Positions 7,923-17,836 of a DNA stretch of 19,969 nucleotides are shown here, piece by piece. A program made the position numbers and the translations under genes. This DNA comes from a virus. Taxonomy: Duplodnaviria; Heunggongvirae; Uroviricota; Caudoviricetes. Under the pieces are notes generated by a model. That model searched no databases. It was not told where the DNA came from and saw only the letters and a program-made list of their open reading frames with translations. The first letter of the stretch is position 1, and every line of letters starts with the position of its first letter. The stretch is from the IMG/VR virus record IMGVR_UViG_2675903289_000008, one strand, 5' to 3'.

Positions 7923-8869
7923 TGCCTACCCCGATCACACCGGCGATGATCACCGCCCTGATGACGGGCTACCGTTCTGATTTTCAGGCCGGGATGTCCA
8001 TGGCTCCGTCTCAGTACCAGAAAATTGCGATGACCGTACCGTCCACGTCGAAATCCAACACCTACGGCTGGCTGGGGCAGTTCCCGCAGTTCCGTGAGTG
8101 GATCGGCTCCCGCGTCATCGAGAAGATGAAAGCCTATGGCTACGCCATCGTGAACAAAACCTTTGAAGGCACCGTTGCCATTAGCCGCGATGACTTTGAA
8201 GACGACAATCTTGGCATCTACTCCCCGTTGTTCCAGGAGATGGGGCGCGCTGCGGCGGCACAACCGGATGAACTGGTCTTTGCTGCACTGCGTGATGGTC
8301 TGAATGCGGCCTGCTATGACGGCCAGAACTTCTTTGATACCGAACACCCTGTTTACCCCAAAGTGGATGGCTCCGGTGATGCACAGATGGTCAGCAATAT
8401 GTTTGTGGCAAAAACCGGCTCTGTCGGTGCACAGGCGGATTACAGCGGCCCGGCCTGGTATCTGCTTGACTGCTCCCGCGCGGTAAAACCGCTGATTTAT
8501 CAGGATCGCCGCAAGGCCGAACTGGTTGCCCAGACAAAAGTCGATGAAGGCCGTGCGTTTACTGATAACGAGTTTGTGTTCGGTGCTTCCGCCCGTCGCA
8601 ATGTGGGCTACGGCTTCTGGCAGATGGCCTACATGATGCAGTCACCGCTGACGCTGGATGCGCTGTGGCACGGCTGGTCAGCCATGCGTGACTTTAAGGC
8701 TGACGGTGGCCGCAAACTCGGCATCAAACCCACCCATATTGTTGTCCCCACCTCGCTGGAAAAACAGGCGGTGCAGCTGCTGGAGCGCGAGCTGTTCGCG
8801 GACGGTAACACCACCGTCTCTAACGAGATGAAGGGCAAGCTGGAGCTGGTTGTCGCGGATTATCTGTAA
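7922..8869 (+). CDS. major head subunit (Mu T/gp34-like)
   Basis: 315-aa ORF following the protease/scaffold gene; start overlaps its stop; strong codon bias typical of a highly expressed structural gene. Confidence 0.9.
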   Translation: MPTPITPAMITALMTGYRSDFQAGMSMAPSQYQKIAMTVPSTSKSNTYGWLGQFPQFREWIGSRVIEKMKAYGYAIVNKTFEGTVAISRDDFEDDNLGIYSPLFQEMGRAAAAQPDELVFAALRDGLNAACYDGQNFFDTEHPVYPKVDGSGDAQMVSNMFVAKTGSVGAQADYSGPAWYLLDCSRAVKPLIYQDRRKAELVAQTKVDEGRAFTDNEFVFGASARRNVGYGFWQMAYMMQSPLTLDALWHGWSAMRDFKADGGRKLGIKPTHIVVPTSLEKQAVQLLERELFADGNTTVSNEMKGKLELVVADYL

Positions 8870-8876
8870 ACGGTGA

Positions 8877-8895
8877 GCCGGGCTTACGGCCCGGC
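8877..8895 (+). other. GC-rich hairpin directly after the major head gene
   Basis: GCCGGGC-TTACG-GCCCGGC, perfect 7-bp stem with 5-nt loop, 8 nt after the stop; no U-tract follows, so not a canonical intrinsic terminator. Confidence 0.4.
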
Positions 8896-8912
8896 CCCTG
8901 CGGAGGGCAAAT

Positions 8913-9266
8913 ATGAATGAACATCACACTGTGGCAGCAACAGATGATTCAGGCCTTCAGGTCAGTGGTGACAGTCCTGTCACGGTACTGGCAGAAGTGC
9001 GTTGCAGTCGTGCGCAGTTTCGTCGTGCGGGGTTCCTGTTCATGCGGGGACGCCAGCAGGTTGACGTCACCCCGGAGCAGCTTGCCCGACTGGAAGCGGA
9101 GCCATGCCTCACTGTACGAATACTACAGACGCCTGGTGATGATGCGGGAGCCGTGGCGGGTGTGGTTCATGCAGAGACCGGTGCAGATTTAGCCGAAGCC
9201 GGACAGGATGCTCCCCGGAAAAAGACCGGCAATAACGCCAGACAGGCGAAAAAGGCTCGCGCATGA
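8913..9266 (+). CDS. hypothetical protein (position of Mu gp35), basic C-terminal tail
   Basis: 117-aa ORF with GGAGGG Shine-Dalgarno; stop overlaps next start (ATGA); preferred codons (CGT, CTG, GCG) support this frame over the overlapping 8917-9192 frame. Confidence 0.6.
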   Translation: MNEHHTVAATDDSGLQVSGDSPVTVLAEVRCSRAQFRRAGFLFMRGRQQVDVTPEQLARLEAEPCLTVRILQTPGDDAGAVAGVVHAETGADLAEAGQDAPRKKTGNNARQAKKARA

Positions 9267-9682
9267 ATTACGCCACCGAAACCGATATGCGGGCACGTTA
9301 CCGCGAGGATTTGCTCAGGCCATTACTGGCCGTGCCCCGTTCGGATGAGCCGGACGCGCGCAAGCTGAACCGGGCACTGACGGACGCGTCTGCCCTTATC
9401 GACAGTTACCTGTCTGCCCGTTACACGCTGCCGCTGGCGGTGGTTCCGGCGGTCCTTGTTCAGCATTGCTGCACGATTGCCTTTTATTACCTGTGCGATC
9501 AGCGGGCATCCGATCAGGCGCGTGACCGTTACCGTGAGGCGCTGGCCTGGCTGAAAGATGTCATGAACGGTAACGTGCCGGTCGGCGTGGATACAGACGG
9601 TGCGGCCCCTGAATCCGGGGATTTACCGCAGGTGCAGTCTGATGCGGCGGTGTTCGGGCGCAACCAGAAGGGCTTTATATGA
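9263..9682 (+). CDS. head-tail junction protein (Mu gp36-like, DUF1320-type)
   Basis: 139-aa ORF, coupled at both ends by ATGA overlaps; position after the major head gene as in Mu. Confidence 0.65.
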   Translation: MNYATETDMRARYREDLLRPLLAVPRSDEPDARKLNRALTDASALIDSYLSARYTLPLAVVPAVLVQHCCTIAFYYLCDQRASDQARDRYREALAWLKDVMNGNVPVGVDTDGAAPESGDLPQVQSDAAVFGRNQKGFI

Positions 9683-10242
9683 TTACGGAAACCGAGCAAG
9701 CGTACATCGCCCGTATCCGTGAGTATTTCGGGAATGAACTGGTGTCAGTTGACACGCATCCCGGCGACTGGAGCGACAGTGTGCTGCGCACCATGCTGAT
9801 TAGCGCCCCGGCGATCTACGTTGCCTGGCTGGGTGCCGGTGAAGGCCGTACCCGTGGGCGTCTGGTCAGCCACTGGGTGTTCTACGTCATCGGCGACATG
9901 CTCAATGGCCGTGAGGTCAGCCGTCCCGGGCTTTATCAGATTGTGGCCCGCCTGATTACCGTGCTGGACGGCTTCAGAACCGAAAAAACCTCACCGCTTT
10001 ACTTTGAAAAGGCGGTCAACGGTTACACCGAAACGCAGGCCGACAGTGGCGCGGTGATGTATGCGCTTTATTTCTCCTGCGAGGAAATGATCGCACCGCT
10101 GACTGATATCAGCTCGCTGGATGATTTCCTGCGCCATTACGAAACCTTCACCGAACCGGAAGGCACACCGGAATTTAAGGCGCACATCAGCCTGCCAGGT
10201 GCAACCGCCGCCGGTGAAAAAGCCGGACCGTCAGAGGAATAA
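9679..10242 (+). CDS. head-tail junction protein (Mu gp37-like, DUF1834-type)
   Basis: 187-aa ORF, ATGA overlap with the preceding gene; position before the sheath gene. Confidence 0.65.
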   Translation: MITETEQAYIARIREYFGNELVSVDTHPGDWSDSVLRTMLISAPAIYVAWLGAGEGRTRGRLVSHWVFYVIGDMLNGREVSRPGLYQIVARLITVLDGFRTEKTSPLYFEKAVNGYTETQADSGAVMYALYFSCEEMIAPLTDISSLDDFLRHYETFTEPEGTPEFKAHISLPGATAAGEKAGPSEE

Positions 10243-10245
10243 CAG

Positions 10246-10683
10246 ATGACAACCATTTTTATCAAACCCNNNNNNNNNNNNNNNNNNNNNNNNNNNNNNN
10301 NNNNNNNNNNNNNNNNNNNNNNNNNNNNNNNNNNNNNNNNNNNNNNNNNNNNNNNNNNNNNNNNNNNNNNNNNNNNNNNNNNNNNNNNNNNNNNNNNNNN
10401 NNNNNNNNNNNNNNNNNNNNNNNNNNNNNNNNNNNNNNNNNNNNNNNNNNNNNNNNNNNNNNNNNNNNNNNNNNNNNNNNNNNNNNNNNNNNNNNNNNNN
10501 NNNNNNNNNNNNNNNNNNNNNNNNNNNNNNNNNNNNNNNNNNNNNNNNNNNNNNNNNNNNNNNNNNNNNNNNNNNNNNNNNNNNNNNNNNNNNNNNNNNN
10601 NNNNNNNNNNNNNNNNNNNNNNNNNNNNNNNNNNNNNNNNNNNNNNNNNNNNNNNNNNNNNNNNNNNNNNNNNNNNNNNNNNA
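10246..10683 (+). CDS. unresolved: start of an ORF running into an N-run (small Mu gp38-like protein and/or sheath N-terminus)
   Basis: ATG 10246 with GAGGA Shine-Dalgarno, 8 codons visible (MTTIFIKP) before the N-run 10270-10682. Confidence 0.3.
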
Positions 10684-12057
10684 ATGAAAGACACCACCAT
10701 TCAGGGGCGCGGTCAGCTTGATGTACCAGTACGTATTACCCGAGCTTCACAAGCAAGAGAACTCTGGGGGCGAGGTTCCATGATTGCACTGATGGTAGAG
10801 GAATTTATCGCCATTAACCCTGACACAGAGTTATATGCCATTGCACAGGGGGCTGGAACAGGTCAGTCCAGGGCATGCGTGATGAATATCATTGGAACAG
10901 CATTGGCAGACGGGGTGTTAAGTGTTTACATCGGCGGTCGCCGTTACCTCCTGCCCGTCAGTAAGGGGAAAAAAGGTAAAGAGCTTGTGGAAGAGCTGGC
11001 TAAGGTCATTAACGCTGACACTGATGCGCCATTCACTGCTATCGCAGCTGAAGTCAGTGGTGATAATGCTGAAGGACTTAAAGGGAGCATGGGGGTTAAC
11101 GCCCGCTTTATCGGTGAATGCTCAGCTCATGATTTACGGGTGAACTATTATGACGGTGAAACTACACCGGCCGGTCTTACGCTGGAGCTCGTCGCGCCAA
11201 CACAGAAGGCAACAAACCCCGATATCACCCGTAGCGTCTCAGGGATGGGGAATCGTCAGTACAACTACATCGTCATGCCCTATAAGGATGCGGCAAATCT
11301 CAAAATTCTGGCGGATGAACTGCTGAAACGCTGGGGACCGGTAAAAATGTCGGACGGTATGGTCTGGATGGCGCATACCGGCACCTTCGGTACGGCAACC
11401 AGTTTTGGTGAATCCCGTAATGACTTCCTGTTTACCTGCACTTCTATTCCTAAAGCACCAGAGCCGGATTATGTCTGGGCGGCCTCCATTTGTGCGGTCT
11501 GTGCGCCCTCCCTGTCAACGGATCCGGCCCGACCATTACAGACACTGGCGCTGCCTGCCCGTATGGCACCTGAAGCACCGGCTCGTCTGACGCGGGAAGA
11601 GCGAAACAGCCTGCTTTATACCGGCATGTCCACGGTGACCGTTGCGGCCGCTGATGTGGTGCAGATTGAACGTCAGGTGACGATGTACCGTCAGAATGCA
11701 TACGGCGAAAGCGATCCCAGCTATCTGGATGTAGAAACCATCTACACCCTGTCATATCTGCGTTATTCCCTGCGCACCTTTATCACGCAGCGTTTCCCGC
11801 GCCACAAACTGGCCGATAACGGTACTCCCGTCCGGCCCGGTCAGAATATCGTGACGCCGGAGATTATGACGCTCCAGCTGATTGCACTGGGGGAAGAATG
11901 GGTGGAACTCGGGCTGGTCGAAAATCTGGACACCTTTAAAAAGAATCTGCTCGTGGAGCGCAACACAAAAGACCGTAACCGTCTGGATGTGATGTGTACA
12001 CCGGATCTGGTTAACCAGTTCCGCTTCATGGCCGCGCAGATCCGTTTCATTTTGTGA
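10684..12057 (+). CDS. contractile tail sheath protein (Mu L-like); true start may lie in the upstream N-run
   Basis: At least 457 visible codons of a sheath-like protein, followed by the tube gene; ATG 10684 is the first visible start but the frame is open through the mask. Confidence 0.8.
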   Translation: MKDTTIQGRGQLDVPVRITRASQARELWGRGSMIALMVEEFIAINPDTELYAIAQGAGTGQSRACVMNIIGTALADGVLSVYIGGRRYLLPVSKGKKGKELVEELAKVINADTDAPFTAIAAEVSGDNAEGLKGSMGVNARFIGECSAHDLRVNYYDGETTPAGLTLELVAPTQKATNPDITRSVSGMGNRQYNYIVMPYKDAANLKILADELLKRWGPVKMSDGMVWMAHTGTFGTATSFGESRNDFLFTCTSIPKAPEPDYVWAASICAVCAPSLSTDPARPLQTLALPARMAPEAPARLTREERNSLLYTGMSTVTVAAADVVQIERQVTMYRQNAYGESDPSYLDVETIYTLSYLRYSLRTFITQRFPRHKLADNGTPVRPGQNIVTPEIMTLQLIALGEEWVELGLVENLDTFKKNLLVERNTKDRNRLDVMCTPDLVNQFRFMAAQIRFIL

Positions 12058-12065
12058 GGTAAGGC

Positions 12066-12459
12066 ATGAGCGGAAAACAGCATCAGGGCACGGCCACCAT
12101 CCGTGTGAACGGACAGGAGTACGCCACCCTTGAGGGAGCCACGTTCTCCCCGTCCGGCTTTGAGCGTGAAGTGGTGAAAGGCGCGAAAGTCTATGGCTAT
12201 CGTGAGAAACCCCGTGAGGCGACGCTGGACTGTAAATTTCCGGCTGGCGGAGAAGGTTCACCGGCTGNNNNNNNNNNNNNNNNNNNCACCGGCTGCCGAT
12301 GAAATCAACACCTGGACTGCGGTCACGATTGAGTTCGTGGCCGATACCGGTGAAGTCCATATGATGACGAAGGCCTGGAGCAGTGAACCGGCCTCGCTTG
12401 ACGGTGGCGGTGATATCTCCGCGAAGTTCGCCAGCGCCACCAGTACCCGTGTCCAGTAA
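12066..12459 (+). CDS. tail tube protein (Mu M-like), reading frame broken at 12268-12286
   Basis: N-terminal 67 codons in frame 0 and C-terminal about 57 codons in frame 1 are both protein-like; removing 28 nt (N-run plus the second caccggctg copy) restores one ORF of about 121 aa. Confidence 0.65.
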
Positions 12460-12473
12460 TCAGGAAAAATGCA

Positions 12474-12953
12474 ATGACCACACGTAAGAAAAAAACGGCG
12501 GTTTCTGACGAGGCCGTGATGGAGGCTATCCGGGATGTACTTGAAGACGGCGATCCCCGCACCGCCGGGCTGGCTGAACAGCTGGCGAACGGCTATGTGG
12601 ATCTGCTCGACGGTCTGCCGTTCGGGGAATCCCGTGAATACCGCGTCACCTTCCGCGAACTGACGGCGAAAGACAGCATTGACGCGGAAACCGAGGCCGA
12701 GCGTCTTATGGAAACCCGAAATGGCGGCCCGGTTCTGATAGCCTCGCCGGCACTGCGCGGCATTGCACTGCTGCGCCGTCAGATTGCCGCTGTTGGCCAG
12801 ATTGAGGGGCCATTGTCTCCGCGTCAGATCGGACAGCTCAGCGAGCGCGATCTCTCCCGTCTGATGGCGGCGGTAAGCCTGCTTGATTCCGCGATGGCAG
12901 GAAAGCTGGTCGCTGAACGGGGGCGACCAGATGCAGTGCCGGGATCAGATTGA
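12474..12953 (+). CDS. tail assembly chaperone (short form)
   Basis: 159-aa acidic ORF between tube and tape measure, the conserved position of frameshift-type chaperone pairs; AGGA Shine-Dalgarno upstream. Confidence 0.65.
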   Translation: MTTRKKKTAVSDEAVMEAIRDVLEDGDPRTAGLAEQLANGYVDLLDGLPFGESREYRVTFRELTAKDSIDAETEAERLMETRNGGPVLIASPALRGIALLRRQIAAVGQIEGPLSPRQIGQLSERDLSRLMAAVSLLDSAMAGKLVAERGRPDAVPGSD

Positions 12954-13077
12954 AGAAGCCGCAATTGTGCTGGGGATGGTGACAAAAAGCGGCCCGGAGT
13001 GGGCGCTTAACCTCCCCTTATCGCAGCTTTACCGGCACTGCCGACAGACCGAAAAAATTCTCAGAACGAAGCAGTAA
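12883..13077 (+). CDS. frameshift extension ORF of the tail assembly chaperone (long form)
   Basis: Frame 1 is open from 12883 to the stop at 13077, overlaps the frame-0 chaperone by 71 nt, has no start codon or Shine-Dalgarno of its own, and ends 3 nt before the tape-measure ATG. Confidence 0.5.
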   Translation: MIPRWQESWSLNGGDQMQCRDQIEEAAIVLGMVTKSGPEWALNLPLSQLYRHCRQTEKILRTKQ

Positions 13078-13080
13078 CCC

Positions 13081-15353
13081 ATGGCAAAAAACCTGAAAGC
13101 CTCCCTGATTGTCGATTTACTCGGCAATATTTCCGCCAAATCCCGCCAGTGGTCACAGGAGCTGGGGGCATTCTCCCGTTCCGGCAGGACGGGGCTGGGT
13201 GGTCTTGGAAATGCAGCACGCCGGGCCGGTCAGGAAACAGAGCTTGTTGGCTCCCGTATGCAGCGAACGCTTGCCGGTGTTCGTGGCAGTATCCGCACGG
13301 TAACGTCAGATTTTGACCGCCTGCAGGGCAGCATTACCGGCACCATCGGGCGGATAAGCAACNNNNNCCTTTACGGGATGCTGGCGGGAGGGGCTGCGGT
13401 CTACGGTTTTAATAAAGCCTTTATCCGCCCGGCCGCAGAGATGGAGAACTATATTCTGCGTCTCAACGCCANNNNNNNNNNNNNNNNNNNNNNNNNNNNN
13501 NNNNNNNNNNNNNNNNNNNNNNNNNNNNNNNNNNNNNNNNNNNNNNNNNNNNNNNNNNNNNNNNNNNNNNNNNNNNNNNNNNNNNNNNNNNNNNNNNNNN
13601 NNNNNNNNNNNNNNNNNNNNNNNNNNNNNNNNNNNNNNNNNNNNNNNNNNNNNNNNNNNNNNNNNNNNNNNNNNNNNNNNNNNNNNNNNNNNNNNNNNNN
13701 NNNNNNNNNNNNNNNNNNNNNNNNNNNNNNNNNNNNNNNNNNNNNNNNNNNNNNNNNNNNNNNNNNNNNNNNNNNNNNNNNNNNNNNNNNNNNNNNNNNN
13801 NNNNNNNNNNNNNNNNNNNNNNNNNNNNNNNNNNNNNNNNNNNNNNNNNNNNNNNNNNNNNNNNNNNNNNNNNNNNNNNNNNNNNNNNNNNNNNNNNNNN
13901 NNNNNNNNNNNNNNNNNNNNNNNNNNNNNNNNNNNNNNNNNNNNNNNNNNNNNNNNNNNNNNNNNNNNNNNNNNNNNNNNNNNNNNNNNNNNNNNNNNNN
14001 NNNNNNNNNNNNNNNNNNNNNNNNNNNNNNNNNNNNNNNNNNNNNNNNNNNNNNNNNNNNNNNNNNNNNNNNNNNNNNNNNNNNNNNNNNNNNNNNNNNN
14101 NNNNNNNNNNNNNNNNNNNNNNNNNNNNNNNNNNNNNNNNNNNNNNNNNNNNNNNNNNNNNNNNNNNNNNNNNNNNNNNNNNNNNNNNNNNNNNNNNNNN
14201 NNNNNNNNNNNNNNNTGGCCACACAGACGGCCTCAGCACTGAATCAGGGATTTGAGTATGCCAGAGATGCTGCGACCGGCTTTTACCGGGCCATTCAGAA
14301 AGTCAGGGAAACGCTTCAGGCACTGCGCGACGCCGGTTATGGCGATGCGCTGGATCGTATTGGTCAGGGTGCGCAGACCGCCGCAAAGTACCTGATGTAT
14401 ATGTATCTCGCCTCCCGTGCGCTGAAGGTGCTCAGGTTTGCAGGGACGGGGGCATTACGTCTCGGCGCAACCCCCTTACGCTATGGCATGGCGATGACCT
14501 CCGTGCTGACGTCGCCCTTCCGCAAACCGCAGACCACTGTACCGGGAACGCAGCCCGGACGCGCTGGCCGGTTCCTGAATTTCCTTACCGGGGTAAATCC
14601 GGCTGCCGTTCAGCCCGTGCTGGTCACCAACTGGCCTGCGGGTGGCCTGGCCTCAGGTGGCGGGGATGTGGTGGTCAGCGGTGACGGCAAAACCGTGCGC
14701 GGCCGTAAAAAACGCGGCCCCGGACGTGGACGGGGTGTCACGACCGTCGTGACTGCCGGTGAGCAACTGGCGGAGAGTGCCGGTAAACAGGGCTTCTTCG
14801 GTCGTATGATGAGCCGTGCCGGTGGTCTGCTAACGGCGGCCGGAAACCGCATGGGGCTGGGGCGTTTTGCCGGGCTGTTCCGTGGTGCCGGTCGGCTGGG
14901 TGGTGGTGCCCTGTGGGCCGGTGCCATGGCGGCTCCTGTACTGCTGGACAGCAGCGCCAGTGCAGCCGATAAAGCCGGTGCCGTGGGTTCTCTTGCCGGA
15001 AGTATCGCCGGTGNNNNNNNNNNNNNNNNNNNNNNNNNNNNNNNNNNNNNNNNNNNNNNNNNNNNNNNNNNNNNNNNGCGCGGGGGGCGGCTGCCGGTCC
15101 GGTCGGGGTTGCCATTGGTTCCACGGTGGGCAGCTATCTCGGTGATTATCTGGGGGGCTGGCTGACGCAGGCCTGGCAGAAACTGCGTGGCAGCAGTGAC
15201 GAAAACGGCGGACAGGCCACCGCGAAAACCGCCGCACGGGTGGAGCTTGTGGCCCCTGAAGGCTGGCGGGCGCGCAGTATTGATGTGGATGATACCGCAC
15301 AGCATGGCCTGGATGTGAACGTCTGGAACGGAGGGAACTATGGCCTCTACTGA
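13081..15353 (+). CDS. tail tape measure protein; frame discontinuity inside N-run 15014-15077
   Basis: Long Gly/Ala-rich ORF after the chaperones. After the mask the protein-like continuation (ARGAAAGPVGVAIGSTVGSYLGDYLGGWLTQAW...) is in frame 0 and ends at 15353, overlapping the next start; the ORF track's frame-1 end at 15165 is an artefact. Confidence 0.75.
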
Positions 15354-16584
15354 CACGCCGGGGCGTGGCTCCTTTCGTGGCGTACCGTTCCTGGTTTATC
15401 AGGAGCAGCGGGAACGGGGCGGACGTAACATTGTGCGCCGTGAATACCCACTGCGTGAAAGCGGCGGTGCGGATGATCTGGGGCCAAAACTCCCGGAGTT
15501 CACATTCACGGTTCTAGTGACCGGAGACGATCTTCAGACACAGCGAAGCCGCCTGCGTGATGCGCTGCGTGCACCCGGTGCCGGTGAACTGATGCACCCG
15601 GATTACGGCACGTTAAACGTGCTGATAAACAGCTTTGAAAGCCGTTATAACGCCAGCGAGCAGGGAACGGTTGAGTTCACGATCAACGTGATCCCCGCCA
15701 GTGACGATACCGCCCCTTCGGTGGCAGAAGATACGGCAGCTGCGCTGGAGCAGAAAAGCGGCTCAGCAATGAATCAGCTGTTTAACACACTTTCAGACGG
15801 CTGGACGGTGATTTCAGACGGTCTGCATGATGTACAGGCCATGACCGACACCATCAGCGATAAAATTGATGCGCTGGAGAATGCCGTTTCAGGGATGGGG
15901 ATTGTGCAGGATATCAGTGCCTTTACGGCCAGTTTTACTGCCCTGAAAGGGAATGCCGCCGCCCTGATTAATGCGCCCCGTCGCATGGCTGAATCGCTGG
16001 CCGGAATGTTTGCCGTGCTGGCGGGGCTGCCCGGCGATCCTTCCCTGTCGCTGACCGGAAAAGCCGGAACGCCGTCCGGCAGCCTGACCACAAACCGTGA
16101 CAGCACGACAGAGCAGGCCATGCCGCAGCTGTACCGCACACTTTCTTCCCTGCGTTACACCCTCAGCGAACAGGATGATCCGCAGCGCCTGATTGGTCTG
16201 ACGCCTGCGGCACAGAACAATATCCGTCTGCTGCGGAGCGTCATGCAGAGTGCAGCCCTGGTGTCGCAGGCGCAGACGGTCGGAAAACTGCTGGATCAGG
16301 TCATCCGGCAGAATACGACGCACGTTCAGGATACTGACCGTGCGGGCGGACTGGCCTGGCTGGAAAGTTCTGCTGATGTGCAGCGTATCAACCGGGATTT
16401 GAGCGATGCCATGGAACAACAGGTGCTGGATCTGTCCGCACAGGGCCATACCGGCACCGCCCTTGCATTACGTGATGCAGGGCTTGCGCTGACAGAAGAT
16501 TTAACCACGCGGAGCGTGCATCTTCCCGGTGCTTTTCAGGTCATGGTGCGAACCACCGAACCGGCACTGGTCACGCTGTACCGT
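15340..16584 (+). CDS. DNA circularization protein (Mu N/gp43-like); 3' end hidden in N-run
   Basis: GGAGGG Shine-Dalgarno and ATG 15340; about 415 visible codons in the position and style of Mu N; the gene most likely ends inside the mask 16585-16881. Confidence 0.65.
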
Positions 16585-16881
16585 NNNNNNNNNNNNNNNN
16601 NNNNNNNNNNNNNNNNNNNNNNNNNNNNNNNNNNNNNNNNNNNNNNNNNNNNNNNNNNNNNNNNNNNNNNNNNNNNNNNNNNNNNNNNNNNNNNNNNNNN
16701 NNNNNNNNNNNNNNNNNNNNNNNNNNNNNNNNNNNNNNNNNNNNNNNNNNNNNNNNNNNNNNNNNNNNNNNNNNNNNNNNNNNNNNNNNNNNNNNNNNNN
16801 NNNNNNNNNNNNNNNNNNNNNNNNNNNNNNNNNNNNNNNNNNNNNNNNNNNNNNNNNNNNNNNNNNNNNNNNNNNNNNNNN

Positions 16882-17836
16882 GGTCATCAGTGGCTGGCTG
16901 GATCAGGTCAGTCNNNNNNNNNNNNNNNNNNNNNNNNNNNNNNNNNNNNNNNNNNNNNNNNNNNNNNNNNNNNNNNNNNNNNNNNNNNNNNNNNNNNNNN
17001 NNNNNNNNNNNNNNNNNNNNNNNNNNNNNNNNNNNNNNNNNNNNNNNNNNNNNNNNNNNNNNNNNNNNNNNNNNNNNNNNNNNNNNNNNNNNNNNNNNNN
17101 NNNNNNNNNNNNNNNNNNNNNNNNNNNNNNNNNNNNNNNNNNNNNNNNNNNNNNNNNNNNNNNNNNNNNNNNNNNNNNNNNNNNNNNNNNNNGCTGACCC
17201 GTGCTGCCCGGCATCGCGGGGTGCTGGTGACCAGTAATGCTGACGGCGATCTGGTGTTCACCCAGGCAGGAAGCCAGCAGACGGACAGACTGGTGCTGGG
17301 AGATAACCTGCTTGATGCCGATTACAACACGGACTGGCGAGGACGATACAGCGAATACCGTGTCCGGGGACACGGGCGCGGTGGTGGCAAACGGGGAGAC
17401 AGCGAATCCGCCGCCCGTCTGGCAGCACCTGTGGGCGTCATCAGTGATGAGCAGATCGGCCGCTACCGGCCGAAAATCATCCTCGCCGATCAACAGACAG
17501 ACATCACCGGTGCACGGCAGCGTGCCCTGCGTGAAATGCGCCGTGCGATTGCCCGTTCAGAACGGTTTTCTGCCACCGTGCGTGGCTGGTTCCGGGATGA
17601 TGGCCGGTTATGGGATGTCAATCTGCTGACCGGTGTTTCAGCCCTGCGTTTCGGTATAGAACAGACTGAACTGCTGGTCTGTCAGGTGGAGTTTTTACTT
17701 GATGAGNNNNNNNNNNNNCTTGATGAGCATAACGGGGAAGTCACCCGGCTGGTACTGGCACCGCGTGACGGCTTTATCGTTCCGGCAGAGCCGGACAGTA
17801 AGGGCCGGGGTGGTTCCGGTGACGATGTTGATGCCT
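16882..17836 (+). CDS. baseplate hub protein (Mu P/gp44-like, P2 gpD-like); both ends masked
   Basis: Visible segment 17193-17836 resembles the C-terminal part of late-control-D-type tail proteins; contains a 21-nt in-frame direct repeat around N-run 17707-17718. Confidence 0.55.

Noticed and set aside
8917-9192. 91-aa + strand ORF in an alternative frame overlapping the gp35-like gene
   Set aside because: It uses rare AGG/CGG/TTG codons, whereas the 8913 frame uses preferred codons and couples to the next gene by an ATGA overlap.
12193-12267. N-terminal part of track ORF 12193-12459 (MAIVRNPVRRRW...) as a separate gene start
   Set aside because: Before the mask this frame is not protein-like; only the part after the mask is, and it is the C-terminus of the tube protein.
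14610-15356. Minus-strand ORFs (248, 156 and 128 aa) across the tape-measure 3' end
   Set aside because: Pro/Arg/Ala-rich antisense shadow of the Gly/Ala-rich tape-measure sequence, partly running through N-runs.
15889-16449. 186-aa minus-strand ORF inside the N-like gene
   Set aside because: Antisense to a coherent + strand gene, with no start signals and arginine-rich composition.
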